Assembly (NCBI GenBank): GCA_963840855.1
Contig: CAWJBB010000063.1
Location: 1 to 30,818, forward strand
DNA: 30,818 nucleotides
Reading direction: 5' to 3'
Source: an uncultured delta proteobacterium
GTDB taxonomy: Bacteria > Desulfobacterota > Binatia > UBA9968
Both the position numbers and the translations under genes were made by a program. The notes below the pieces were generated by a model. It was not told the origin of the DNA and made no database searches. It saw nothing but the letters and a program-made list of their open reading frames with translations. Of the stretch, positions 18,577 through 27,310 are shown piece after piece. How positions within the stretch are numbered: position 1 is the stretch's first letter; each line of letters starts with the position of its first letter.

Positions 18577-19818
18577 TCAAATCGCCCCTTCTTTGTGCGC
18601 CTCTTCGATTTCATCGTCGTCGAATCCCAGAATAGATCTCAATATCTCGCCGGTGTGCTCCCCTAAGTACGGTGAACGTTTCACGTCCGTCGGCGAATCC
18701 GAGAGCTTGATCGGGTTGCCCACCGTCAAAAATTTTCCCCGCTTCGAATGATCCACTTCGACAATCGTACCAGTCGCGCGCAATGCCTGTTCCTCGGCTA
18801 GCTCGCGCATATCGAGGACTGGGCCGCAGGGAACATCGTGATCGTTGAGCTTGCGCATCACTTCGAGTTTATTGAGGGTCATGGTCCATTGCTCAATAAT
18901 TTCAAAACACTTGTCGAGCTTGGGCAAACGCGCTTCCGGCGTCGCCCACTCCGGATCGGTGATTAGTTCGGGCCGCCCGCACAGTTTCATCAACGGCTCC
19001 CAGCCGACGGGCTGGATGATGACGTAGATGTAATCGTTGGGGCCACCGCCTTTGGTGCGAACCGCCCAGCCGGGCTGACCTCCGCCGGACGAATTGCCGG
19101 CGCGCGGCACGGCATCGCCAAAGACGCCGTTAGGATATTGGGGATATTCTTCAAGGGGACCAGCGGCGAGCCGCTGCTGATCCCGCAACTTGACGCGGCA
19201 GAGATTGAGTACGGCATCTTGCATGGCGCAGGTCACGCGCTGCCCTCTGCCGGTTTTCTCCCGCTGCAAGAGCGCCGCGAGAATTCCTGCGGCCAGATGG
19301 ATGCCCGTGCCGGAATCACCGATCTGCGCGCCGCTCACGATCGGCGGGCCGTCCTCGAAGCCTGTGGTACTGGCCGATCCGCCGGTAAACTGGGCGACGT
19401 TTTCGTAAACTTTACAGTCTTCGTAAGGACCCGGGCCAAAGCCCTTTACCGAAGCGTAAATGATGCGCGGATTAAGTCCTTGAATCGCTTCCCAAGTAAA
19501 GCCCTGGCGGTCGAGGGCACCGGGGGAAAAGTTTTCGACTAGAACGTCGCAACACCTGATCAGCTCGCGAAATATTTCTTTGCCTTTCTTCGTCTTGGTA
19601 TTGAGTGTAATGCTCCGCTTATTGCAGTTGAGCATCGTAAAATAGAGGCTGTCGGCATTGGGCTTGTCGCGCAGCTGGCCGCGCGTGATATCGCCGCGGC
19701 CTGGCAGCTCGACTTTGATCACGTCCGCGCCGAACCATGCCAGAAGCTGCGTGCAGGTCGGTCCCGATTGCACATGCGTCATGTCGAGGATTCGAATTCC
19801 GTCAAGCGCTTTTCCCAT
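18577..19818 (-). CDS. frc: Formyl-CoA:oxalate CoA-transferase (family III CoA-transferase)
   Basis: [61 protein letters not shown], catalytic Asp in [23 protein letters not shown] and glycine loop GGGQPGW. Confidence 0.96.
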   Translation of the reverse strand: MGKALDGIRILDMTHVQSGPTCTQLLAWFGADVIKVELPGRGDITRGQLRDKPNADSLYFTMLNCNKRSITLNTKTKKGKEIFRELIRCCDVLVENFSPGALDRQGFTWEAIQGLNPRIIYASVKGFGPGPYEDCKVYENVAQFTGGSASTTGFEDGPPIVSGAQIGDSGTGIHLAAGILAALLQREKTGRGQRVTCAMQDAVLNLCRVKLRDQQRLAAGPLEEYPQYPNGVFGDAVPRAGNSSGGGQPGWAVRTKGGGPNDYIYVIIQPVGWEPLMKLCGRPELITDPEWATPEARLPKLDKCFEIIEQWTMTLNKLEVMRKLNDHDVPCGPVLDMRELAEEQALRATGTIVEVDHSKRGKFLTVGNPIKLSDSPTDVKRSPYLGEHTGEILRSILGFDDDEIEEAHKEGAI

Positions 19819-19887
19819 AGTTTTCCTATCGAAATTGTTCGTCGCTCACACAAATTTTCCGCTCACCCCTCACACGAGAAGGAGTTA

Positions 19888-20014
19888 CTCGCGCCAAGGC
19901 GCGCCAAGTGACTGGCCTCCGCCCGTCATCCCGAGCGGATGCGAGGGATCTAAGAAAGATTTCTCCCTTCGGTCGAAATGACGCTCTCTGCGGCCTTGGC
20001 CTCTTTGCGCGAGA
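19888..20014. repeat. Nested palindromic intergenic repeat (outer CTCGCGCnAAG/CTTTGCGCGAG arms enclosing a GTCAT...ATGAC REP-like unit)
   Basis: Outer arms 19888-19908 and 19995-20014. Inner 19925-19982 reads GTCATCCCGAGCGGATGCGAGGGATCT..AGATTTCTCCCTTCGGTCGAAATGAC. Confidence 0.7.
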
Positions 20015-20053
20015 TATTCCTAGTTCCGGTTCCGGATTCGCCGCTGCTCAACT

Positions 20054-21769
20054 TCATTTGTACATCGTCTGCGCCCTGGTGCCCGGCGCGTACTCATTGA
20101 TATCGACCCAGATGTTGACGATGGCGCACTGGCCGCCGGCCACTCGTTCGCGGGCTTTTTCTAATGCCGGGCGAATCTGACTTGGCTCGCGCACTGCGAT
20201 GCCCCAGCCGCCGAAGCATTCGGCAAATTTTTCGAAATCGACATCTCCTAGCTTGTTGCCGACCGAGCCGCGCTCCGGCCCGTATTTGCCGATCTGGCCG
20301 CAGCGGATCTGGTTCATCGCCGAGTTGTTGCCGATGACAGCGATATAGGGCAGTCCGAAGCGTTGGGCGGTTTCCATATCCCATGCGGTCATGCCGAATG
20401 AACCGTCGCCATAGTAACAGAGCACTTCTTTTTTCGGGTGAACGAACTTGGCCGCCATGGCGAACGCAGTGCCGACGCCTAAGGTGCCCAGCGGTCCGGG
20501 GTCCATCCAGTTGCCGGCTTTGCGCGGCTCCACTGCCGTTGCCGTGATCGTTACGACGTCGCCGCCGTCGCCGATGTACACCGTATTGTCCGTCAAAAAT
20601 TCGTTGATCTCATATGCAACCCGGTAAGGATTGACCGGCACAGATTCCGATTTGAACGACGGCAGGAGTTTTTCATATGCCTTGACCTCGGCGGCGCGGA
20701 GATCCTTCATCCATTCAGCCCGCTTGTCGTTGCCCTTCGATGCTCGGCCCGTCGCGGCCTGCGCCACAGCTTTCAGAATCGCGCCGCAGTCGCCCACGAG
20801 GCCCAGCGAGATATCGCGGTTTTTGCCGACGTTGCGGTAGTCGAGATCGATCTGCACGACGATGGCGTCGGATCGCAGCCGGCGCCCATAGCCCAAGCGA
20901 AAATCGAACGGGCAACCGACGATCAAAATCACGTCGGCTTTGTCGAACGCGAGCCCGCGCGTGCGGTTGAAACCATGGGGATCGCCGGGCGCAAAGATGC
21001 CGCGGCCCGAACCATTCATATAGCCCGGAATATTTAACCCACGGCAGAATTCCACCGCCGCGTCATGCCCACGGCTCGTCCAGACCTGGGTGCCGAACAA
21101 CGCGCAGGGCCGCTCGGCCTTGACCAGAATATCCGCGAGCCGTTCAACGTCCGCCGGGTCGCCAACGGACTTCGTCGAAGCGCGATAAGCACCGGGCTTT
21201 GGAACACGCGCCCGCTCCAGCGGAACTTTGGCATCGAGCACGTCACGGGGGATCTCGAGATAGACCGGACCCGGCGCACCGTTGACCGCCTCGCGAAACG
21301 CCATGGAGACCATATCGGCGACCCGCTCGGTGTGCGGTACGCTGGCGGCGAATTTCGTAATCGGCGCCATGATGTCCACGTGCGGCAAGTCTTGCAGCGA
21401 TCCCATCTTGTGCTGGGACAGCGCGCCCTGCCCACCAATCATCAACAGCGGGCTTTCGGCGCGAAACGCATTGGCTATGCCGGTCATCGCATTGGTCGTG
21501 CCCGGTCCCGCCGTCGTCACCACGCAACCGATCTTGCCGCTTTGCCGCGAGTAGCCGTCGGCGGCGTGAGCCGCGACTTGTTCATGGCGCACATCGATAA
21601 TCTTTATGCCTTCATCGAGACAGCCGTCATAAATGTCGATGATATGGCCGCCGCAGAGCGTCCAGATGACCTCGACGCCTTCGTTCTTGAGCGCCTTGGC
21701 CACCAGATGGCCGCCGGAAATCACTGGGCCGGAAGGCTCTTTGTTATCGCTTTTCGTTGGCGTTGCCAT
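20054..21769 (-). CDS. ThDP-dependent enzyme, acetolactate synthase/2-hydroxyacyl-CoA lyase superfamily; probable non-canonical oxalyl-CoA decarboxylase
   Basis: DVRHEQVAAHAADGY, TTAGPG, GPLGTLGVG and ThDP motif GDGSFG..GNNS. Co-oriented directly upstream of frc. N-terminal TLCGGHI differs from canonical Oxc GxxGIP. Confidence 0.85.
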   Translation of the reverse strand: MATPTKSDNKEPSGPVISGGHLVAKALKNEGVEVIWTLCGGHIIDIYDGCLDEGIKIIDVRHEQVAAHAADGYSRQSGKIGCVVTTAGPGTTNAMTGIANAFRAESPLLMIGGQGALSQHKMGSLQDLPHVDIMAPITKFAASVPHTERVADMVSMAFREAVNGAPGPVYLEIPRDVLDAKVPLERARVPKPGAYRASTKSVGDPADVERLADILVKAERPCALFGTQVWTSRGHDAAVEFCRGLNIPGYMNGSGRGIFAPGDPHGFNRTRGLAFDKADVILIVGCPFDFRLGYGRRLRSDAIVVQIDLDYRNVGKNRDISLGLVGDCGAILKAVAQAATGRASKGNDKRAEWMKDLRAAEVKAYEKLLPSFKSESVPVNPYRVAYEINEFLTDNTVYIGDGGDVVTITATAVEPRKAGNWMDPGPLGTLGVGTAFAMAAKFVHPKKEVLCYYGDGSFGMTAWDMETAQRFGLPYIAVIGNNSAMNQIRCGQIGKYGPERGSVGNKLGDVDFEKFAECFGGWGIAVREPSQIRPALEKARERVAGGQCAIVNIWVDINEYAPGTRAQTMYK

Positions 21770-22149
21770 GCTTTCCTCCCTATGACACCGGTTACAATCC
21801 CACGGGCCTGGGCAACATCTTTTTGCGCGAGGTCACGGATCGACTCAGCGTTTCTTAACCTTGTAGAAAGCTGAAACCCAGATCGAGCGGCTTAGCCGTC
21901 AGACGCAAGTCAAAAATCGTCTTATCTGTCGGCCAAGGCAGAGGCCGTTTATGGCCTCGGCAGGTTTTTCCCAACATACAAAATAGTTGGCCCGTGCTCA
22001 AGACTTTGGTCTTCGCGGCGCTGTGAATTGACGTTCTCAACAGCGCATAGCAATATCTCCTGGGCTTTTGTGTAACCAACGCCCTTTAGGAGAGCGCCCA
22101 ACGCGCCTTGACTAATTTTTCCGCTATGATATGGGGCATGTTCCTAGGA

Positions 22150-22166
22150 GCCGAATAGTATTCGGC
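22150..22166. promoter_or_regulatory. Perfect 8-bp inverted repeat (operator or RNA hairpin) in the tctC leader
   Basis: GCCGAATA-G-TATTCGGC, downstream of a TATGAT -10-like hexamer at 22125-22130. Confidence 0.45.
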
Positions 22167-22196
22167 GGAGATGTGACACCCCCGATGCCAACAACC

Positions 22197-22236
22197 AAGC
22201 CCAACTGATTGTAAAATCAGTCGGGCTTTTTGTTTT
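22197..22236 (+). terminator. Intrinsic terminator-like hairpin within the 5' leader of the tct operon
   Basis: AAGCCCAACTGATT-GTAA-AATCAGTCGGGCTT (14 bp with one A-C mismatch, GNRA loop) followed by TTTGTTTT. Ends 37 nt before tctC ATG. Confidence 0.7.
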
Positions 22237-22273
22237 ACGAACATGAAAACTATCAGTACCAAAGGAGGATCAT

Positions 22274-23273
22274 ATGCAGATAGTCGCACGCCCCTATCAT
22301 TGGTTGCTTTGCGCACTTTTCCTAGTTGGGCTCTTGCCTGTCAAGGTTGAGGGTCAAACCTGGGAGCCCACCAAGCCCATCGAGTTCGTTATACCTGCCG
22401 GCACCGGCGGCGGCGCCGACCAGATGGCGCGTTTGATCGCCGGTATTACGGAAAAAAATAAGCTCTCTCCGCGCCCCTTGATCCCGGTCAATAAATCGGG
22501 TGGTGCCGGCGCTGAAGGATTTCTTCATGTCAAAGAGAAAAAAGGCGACCCGCATGTCATCATCATAACGCTTTCCAATCTCTTCACGACCCCTCTGCAC
22601 ACCGGGGTGCCGTTCAACTGGAAAGATTTGACGCCGCTGGCGCGCTTGGCGCTCGACCAATTTATCCTGTGGGTCAACGCCGAGACGCCATACAAGACCG
22701 CCAAAGATTATATCGATGCGGTGAAAGCTCAGTCGGGCGGAGCGTCGCGCATGAAGATGGGCGGCACGGGCTCGGCCCAGGAAGATCAAATCATCACCAT
22801 CCAGCTGGAGCAAAACCTGGGGGTCAAATTCACCTATGTTCCGTTTAAAGGCGGGGGTGAAGTTTGCGTGAACCTGGTCGGCAAGCATGTCGATTCGACG
22901 GTCAATAATCCCGCCGAATGCGTCAGTCACTGGAGAGCCGACCGGGTCCGTCCGCTGGCGGTGTTCGATACGCGCTAGAATTCCTGAAGGAGACTGGAAA
23001 GCCATCCCAACCGTCAAAGAAGCCCTGGGAACCGATATTCACTATCTTATGCTCAGGGGAATCTTCGGCGCGCCCGGGATAGCCAAAGAAGCGGTTGCCT
23101 GGCACACAGATTTTTTGAAGAAGGTTTACGAGACGCCGGATTTCAAGAAATATCTTTCGGAGGGAGCCTTGAAACCGGCATTCTCCACCGGACCCGAATA
23201 TGTCAAATGGGTTGACGAGAATGAAAAACTCCATAGAGAGCTGATGGCGAAGGAAGGCTTGCTCAAAAAGTAG
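22274..23273 (+). CDS. tctC: Tripartite tricarboxylate transporter substrate-binding protein (TctC/Bug), frameshifted near 22972
   Basis: Signal peptide, PTKPIEFVIPAGTGGGADQMAR, NKSGGAGAEG and YVPFKGGGEV. Continues in the +1 frame as ARIPEGDWKAIPTVKE..MLRGIFGAPG..KEGLLKK*. RBS AAAGGAGG. Confidence 0.88.
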
Positions 23274-23274
23274 C

Positions 23275-23736
23275 ATGCGCGCGGCGGACCAGATCACGGC
23301 ATCGATACTCATCGCGCTGGGCGCGCTGGTGCTTCTCGATGCCGTGCGCCTTGGCATCGGCTGGGGCACGGACGGGCCCAACAGCGGTTTTTTTCCATTT
23401 TGGCTCGCGCTCATCATGGTCGCGTCCTGCGCCGTGATCATCGTCCAGGAATCCAGCAGAAAGGCGCGCCGGAATTTCGTCACGCGGGAAAGGCTGGCGC
23501 CAGTCCACAAAGTCTTGTGGCCCGCCGTCACGGCGGTGGCGGCGATGCACTTTATCGGCCTGTACGTCGCTGCGGCGCTGTACCTGGCTTTCTACATGCG
23601 CTGGGTTGGACGCCATCGGTGGAGCACCGTTGTGATCCTCGCCCTGGGAATCCCAGTCGTCACTTTTTTGATTTTTGAGACATGGTTTCTCGTGCCGATG
23701 CCCAAAGGCCCTCTGGAAGCATGGTTGGGTTACTGA
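23275..23736 (+). CDS. tctB: Tripartite tricarboxylate transporter small membrane subunit TctB
   Basis: Four to five hydrophobic helices, GPNSGFFPFW and C-terminal FETWFLVPMPKGP; lies between tctC and tctA. Confidence 0.9.
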   Translation: MRAADQITASILIALGALVLLDAVRLGIGWGTDGPNSGFFPFWLALIMVASCAVIIVQESSRKARRNFVTRERLAPVHKVLWPAVTAVAAMHFIGLYVAAALYLAFYMRWVGRHRWSTVVILALGIPVVTFLIFETWFLVPMPKGPLEAWLGY

Positions 23737-23739
23737 TCC

Positions 23740-25260
23740 ATGGGCGTCGAAAACATCCTGCTGGGATTTCAAGTCGCGATCACCCCATTCAATCTCGCCG
23801 TCGCCGTCATCGGCATTCTGCTGGGGACGATCATCGGTGTCCTGCCGGGGCTTGGCGGCGCTAACGGAGTGGCGATCCTTCTTCCCGTTACGTTTACGAT
23901 GCCGCCGACTTCGGCGATCATTCTCTTGACCTCGATCTACTGGGGCGCTCTCTTCGGCGGCGCCATTACCTCGGTGCTCTTCAACATACCGGGCGAGCCT
24001 TGGTCGGTGGCAACAACTTTCGACGGCTACCCGATGGCGCGGGATGGTCGAGGCGGGCAGGCGCTTACCGCCGCCTTTACGTCTTCCTTCGTGGGCGCCT
24101 TGTTTTCCATCGTGCTCATCACGTTTTTTGCGCCGGTGCTGGCCGAGATCGCTCTTAAGTTCGGGCCGCCGGAATTTTTTGCCATTCAGCTCCTCACCTT
24201 TTCCAGTTTCATCGGCCTCGGCGGCGGCAATCCACTGAAGTCTCTCGTCGCGATTCTCTTGGGATTCATCTTGGCCACGGTCGGGCTGGACATCGTCACT
24301 GGACAATTGCGCCTGACCTTCGGCTTTACCGGCATGATGAAAGGATTTGATTTCATCATCGCCGTCATCGGACTTTTCGGCATCGGCGAGATGCTGCTGA
24401 GCGTCGAGGAAGGACTGAGTTTCAGGGGAACGAAGACCGGCATGAACCTGCGGGTGGTATTCGACACCTGGAAAGTTCTGCCCCGCTTTTGGCGCACCTT
24501 CGTGCGCAGCGCGTTCATTGGATTCTGGATGGGGTTCAAGCCGGGCGGGGCGACGCCGGCTTCATTTATGAGCTATGCCTTTGCCAAGCGTTTTTCGAAA
24601 AACAGCGACAAATTTGGCAAAGGTGAGATTGAAGGGGTAGTCGCTCCGGAGACGGCGGCACATGCCGCGGGCGTCGCCGCGATCCTCCCCATGATTACGC
24701 TGGGTATTCCCGGCTCGCCCACCGCGGCGGTGATGCTCGGCGGCCTCATCGTTTGGGGATTGCAGCCGGGCCCCCTGCTGTTCAAGGAAAAGCCCGATTT
24801 TGTTTGGGGACTGATCGCTAGCATGTACACTGGAAATATCATCGGTGTGCTCATGGTCTTGGCCTTCGTCCCCTTCTTCGCCGCCATTCTGCGCATCCCT
24901 TTCGCGATCCTTACGCCCTTGATCATCGTAGTATGCGCCATCGGATCGTACGCCGTGCATAACAGCATGCTCGACGTATGGTACATGCTGATCTTCGGCG
25001 TGATCGGTTATGTCTTCAAGAAGCTGGATTATCCCCTGGCGCCGCTCGTGTTGGCGTTGGTGCTGGGCGACATGGCCGAGAGCGCGCTGCGTCAAAGCTT
25101 GATTATATCGCAGGGATCGTTGGCGATATTTTTCAACCGGCCGATTTCCGGGGTGATTACGATTCTGGCGCTCTTCTTCTTCGCCATGCCAGTGGTGACC
25201 CCGTGGTGGCGCAAACTGCGCGGGTTGCCCAGCCATACACCGGCGGCGTTACGCGAATAG
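23740..25260 (+). CDS. tctA: Tripartite tricarboxylate transporter large membrane subunit TctA
   Basis: GTIIGVLPGLG, FNIPGEP..TTFDGYPMA, EGVVAPETA, LGIPGSPTAAVMLG, LQPGPLLF and PLVLALVLG. Confidence 0.95.
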   Translation: MGVENILLGFQVAITPFNLAVAVIGILLGTIIGVLPGLGGANGVAILLPVTFTMPPTSAIILLTSIYWGALFGGAITSVLFNIPGEPWSVATTFDGYPMARDGRGGQALTAAFTSSFVGALFSIVLITFFAPVLAEIALKFGPPEFFAIQLLTFSSFIGLGGGNPLKSLVAILLGFILATVGLDIVTGQLRLTFGFTGMMKGFDFIIAVIGLFGIGEMLLSVEEGLSFRGTKTGMNLRVVFDTWKVLPRFWRTFVRSAFIGFWMGFKPGGATPASFMSYAFAKRFSKNSDKFGKGEIEGVVAPETAAHAAGVAAILPMITLGIPGSPTAAVMLGGLIVWGLQPGPLLFKEKPDFVWGLIASMYTGNIIGVLMVLAFVPFFAAILRIPFAILTPLIIVVCAIGSYAVHNSMLDVWYMLIFGVIGYVFKKLDYPLAPLVLALVLGDMAESALRQSLIISQGSLAIFFNRPISGVITILALFFFAMPVVTPWWRKLRGLPSHTPAALRE

Positions 25261-25312
25261 CTGGCTCGTGTGATGTCCAGCAAGCCGGCGGGGCCAATTT
25301 CTCTAGCAAGAC

Positions 25313-25369
25313 TTGACAGCTAATGAGTAATTCGGTAGGTACTGGTCAGACCATTAGACAGCTAGACCA
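25313..25369 (+). promoter_or_regulatory. Putative sigma70 promoter with FadR-subfamily operator upstream of the GntR-oxidoreductase operon
   Basis: Perfect TTGACA at 25313-25318, weak -10 near 25336, palindrome TGGTCAGACCA at 25343-25353 (TGGT-N3-ACCA consensus) and a degenerate second copy ..CTAGACCA at about 25360-25369. Confidence 0.7.
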
Positions 25370-25371
25370 AA

Positions 25372-26112
25372 ATGCTGAAAGCGATTAAAAAGACCCGCAT
25401 TTACGAAGAAGTGGTCAGCCAGGTCCATCAGCTTATCAGGGAAGGAAGACTGAAAGCTGGCGATCAGCTGCCTTCCGAGCGAGAACTCTCGGAGACTTTT
25501 AAGGTGAGCCGGACGTCCGTGCGTGAAGCTCTGCGAACGCTGGAAACCAAGGGGCTGGTTATCAGCCGAACGGGGATGGGCAATTTCGTCGCCGATTTAC
25601 CCATCGAATCGTTGGTCGCACCGTTGGCGAAACTTCTTCTTGAAGAAAAGACCGCCCTAGCTGACGTTTTTGAGCTGCGTAAGCTGATTGAACCCCATAT
25701 CGCGGCGTTGGCGGCCGAGCGGGCAACAAACATAGATATTGCGCGGATGAAAAGGATTCTGGAAAAACAGAGCGTAGCGGTCAGTCGCGGGGAGACCGGA
25801 GTGGAAGCCGATGCGCAGCTCCATTTTGCCATTGGTCAGGCAACCCAAAATCAGGCGCTGGAGAAGCTGGTTTCCGGCTTGATGGAAATATTGAGCCACA
25901 GTCGCGAAGAATCCCTCCAAACACCCGATCGAAGGAAGGCTTCCATAGAGTCCCACCGAGTAATTCTTTCGGCAATTGAACGCCACGATAAGACAGCGGC
26001 GCAAGAGGCGATGTTCCACCACATCGAGCAGGTCGAAGAAAATGTGCTTTCATCGCGGAAAACAGCGGGCGATTATAACGAGACCCGATTAGAAGAGAGG
26101 AGTATTTCATGA
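25372..26112 (+). CDS. GntR family transcriptional regulator, FadR subfamily (PdhR/LldR/GlcC-like)
   Basis: wHTH LKAGDQLPSERELSETFKVSRTSVREALRTLE..GMGNFV. FCD domain with ADAQLHFAI..ATQN, SHRVILSAI and MFHHI. ATGA overlap with the next gene. Confidence 0.94.
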   Translation: MLKAIKKTRIYEEVVSQVHQLIREGRLKAGDQLPSERELSETFKVSRTSVREALRTLETKGLVISRTGMGNFVADLPIESLVAPLAKLLLEEKTALADVFELRKLIEPHIAALAAERATNIDIARMKRILEKQSVAVSRGETGVEADAQLHFAIGQATQNQALEKLVSGLMEILSHSREESLQTPDRRKASIESHRVILSAIERHDKTAAQEAMFHHIEQVEENVLSSRKTAGDYNETRLEERSIS

Positions 26113-27310
26113 TCAAGCGCGTAGAGGTCAACTATCGAGGCATTTTTCAGAAGAACCTGGGCAAAAAGATCGGCAGCGACATCGTCATGATCGCCAGCCG
26201 CATGGGTCAGAAGGCTTTTTCCAACGGGCGGTACAGCGATTCGCCGGAGAGAAACGGCATCCCGTGCAAATATTTCGCCTTTGTTTCCCCGGACCTCGCC
26301 GAGGAGGAATTGGAAGCGGAATGCGGCGCCAAGCTGGAGATCGACGAGGCCAACATCTCCGTCGTGCTCGACGACACGATGTGCAAGGGCGTCGAGCCCT
26401 GGGGCTGGCACGGCATCCGTCCCATCAACGAAAGAGTAGTGAAAGACGGCTGCCTGTTCGTTTTTTCCAGAAAGAGTCCGGCCGAGCTTCTCAAGTTCAT
26501 CGGAAAAAAACCTTATAACTACCGTCTGGCGATCCTTGACGGAGACGCAAGTCTCGCCGGACTTTGGGTGAACAAGGACGACTATGACCCACGAGCGGAC
26601 GCTGGGCGGCATCGCCGCCATCGAACCCGAGTATGATCAGCATCGAGGCGGTCGAGGCCTATCTGCTGGAAAAGACCAAGGAGAAACGACGGGCGGAGGC
26701 GGCGCGCGCCGCGTATGAGTCGCTTAGACAGGAGTCCAAGCCCCCGAGGGTAAGAACGGTCACGCCCGAAGACGGCATCGAATGGACCCACGAGATACCC
26801 GTGCTGCCCAAATGGTTCGAGATGCAAGAGGGCGCCGTGGTTCCGGCCGTAAAGCGCGGCTTCGAGATGGGCCCCAGAGGACAAACGAGAAACCCGGGCT
26901 TCAAGCGCGGCACCACCAAGACGCAGCGGCCTGCCGTGCGATTCGATCTTTGTACCAAGTGTACTCTCTGCTGGGCCGAGTGTCCGGACGAGTGTTTCGA
27001 TCCGACCACGGACGGACTCTACGACATCGACTATCAGTATTGCGTGGGTTGCGGGAAATGCGCCCAAGTCTGTCCGGTTAAAGAGTGCATCGTCATGGTC
27101 GACGAGCTCCGATTCCAGGACGACGCGAGCCCGTGGGAACACTGGAAGAAGGACTCCAACGACTACATTCAGTGGGTCGAGGACAAAAAAGGCAAAGACC
27201 GGGTTTCTTACCCCTTCGTCACCGGCAAGGGCATCACTGTCACTCAGGGAGAAGTGATGCCCGAGGGAAAGATCGTGCCGGTTAGAAAAACCGAGGAGGT
27301 CGAAGTATGA
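26109..27310 (+). CDS. 2-oxoacid:ferredoxin oxidoreductase fused gamma+ferredoxin subunit (oxalate oxidoreductase delta-like; PorC/PorD-like), interrupted by two +1 frameshifts (about 26583, about 26632)
   Basis: N-terminal gamma-domain-like YRGIFQ..YSDSPERNGIP; bridging frame reads MTHERTLGGIAAIEPE; two 4Fe-4S motifs CTKCTLCWAECP and CVGCGKCAQVCP. Confidence 0.82.

Noticed and set aside
22126-22158. Leader peptide MIWGMFLGAE upstream of the tct leader terminator
   Set aside because: No RBS, no run of regulatory codons, and it overlaps the putative -10 hexamer.
22960-22985. Programmed ribosomal frameshifting in tctC (and in the delta, AKR and HD genes)
   Set aside because: No slippery sequence or stimulatory structure, and these families are not known to be recoded; sequencing indels are simpler.
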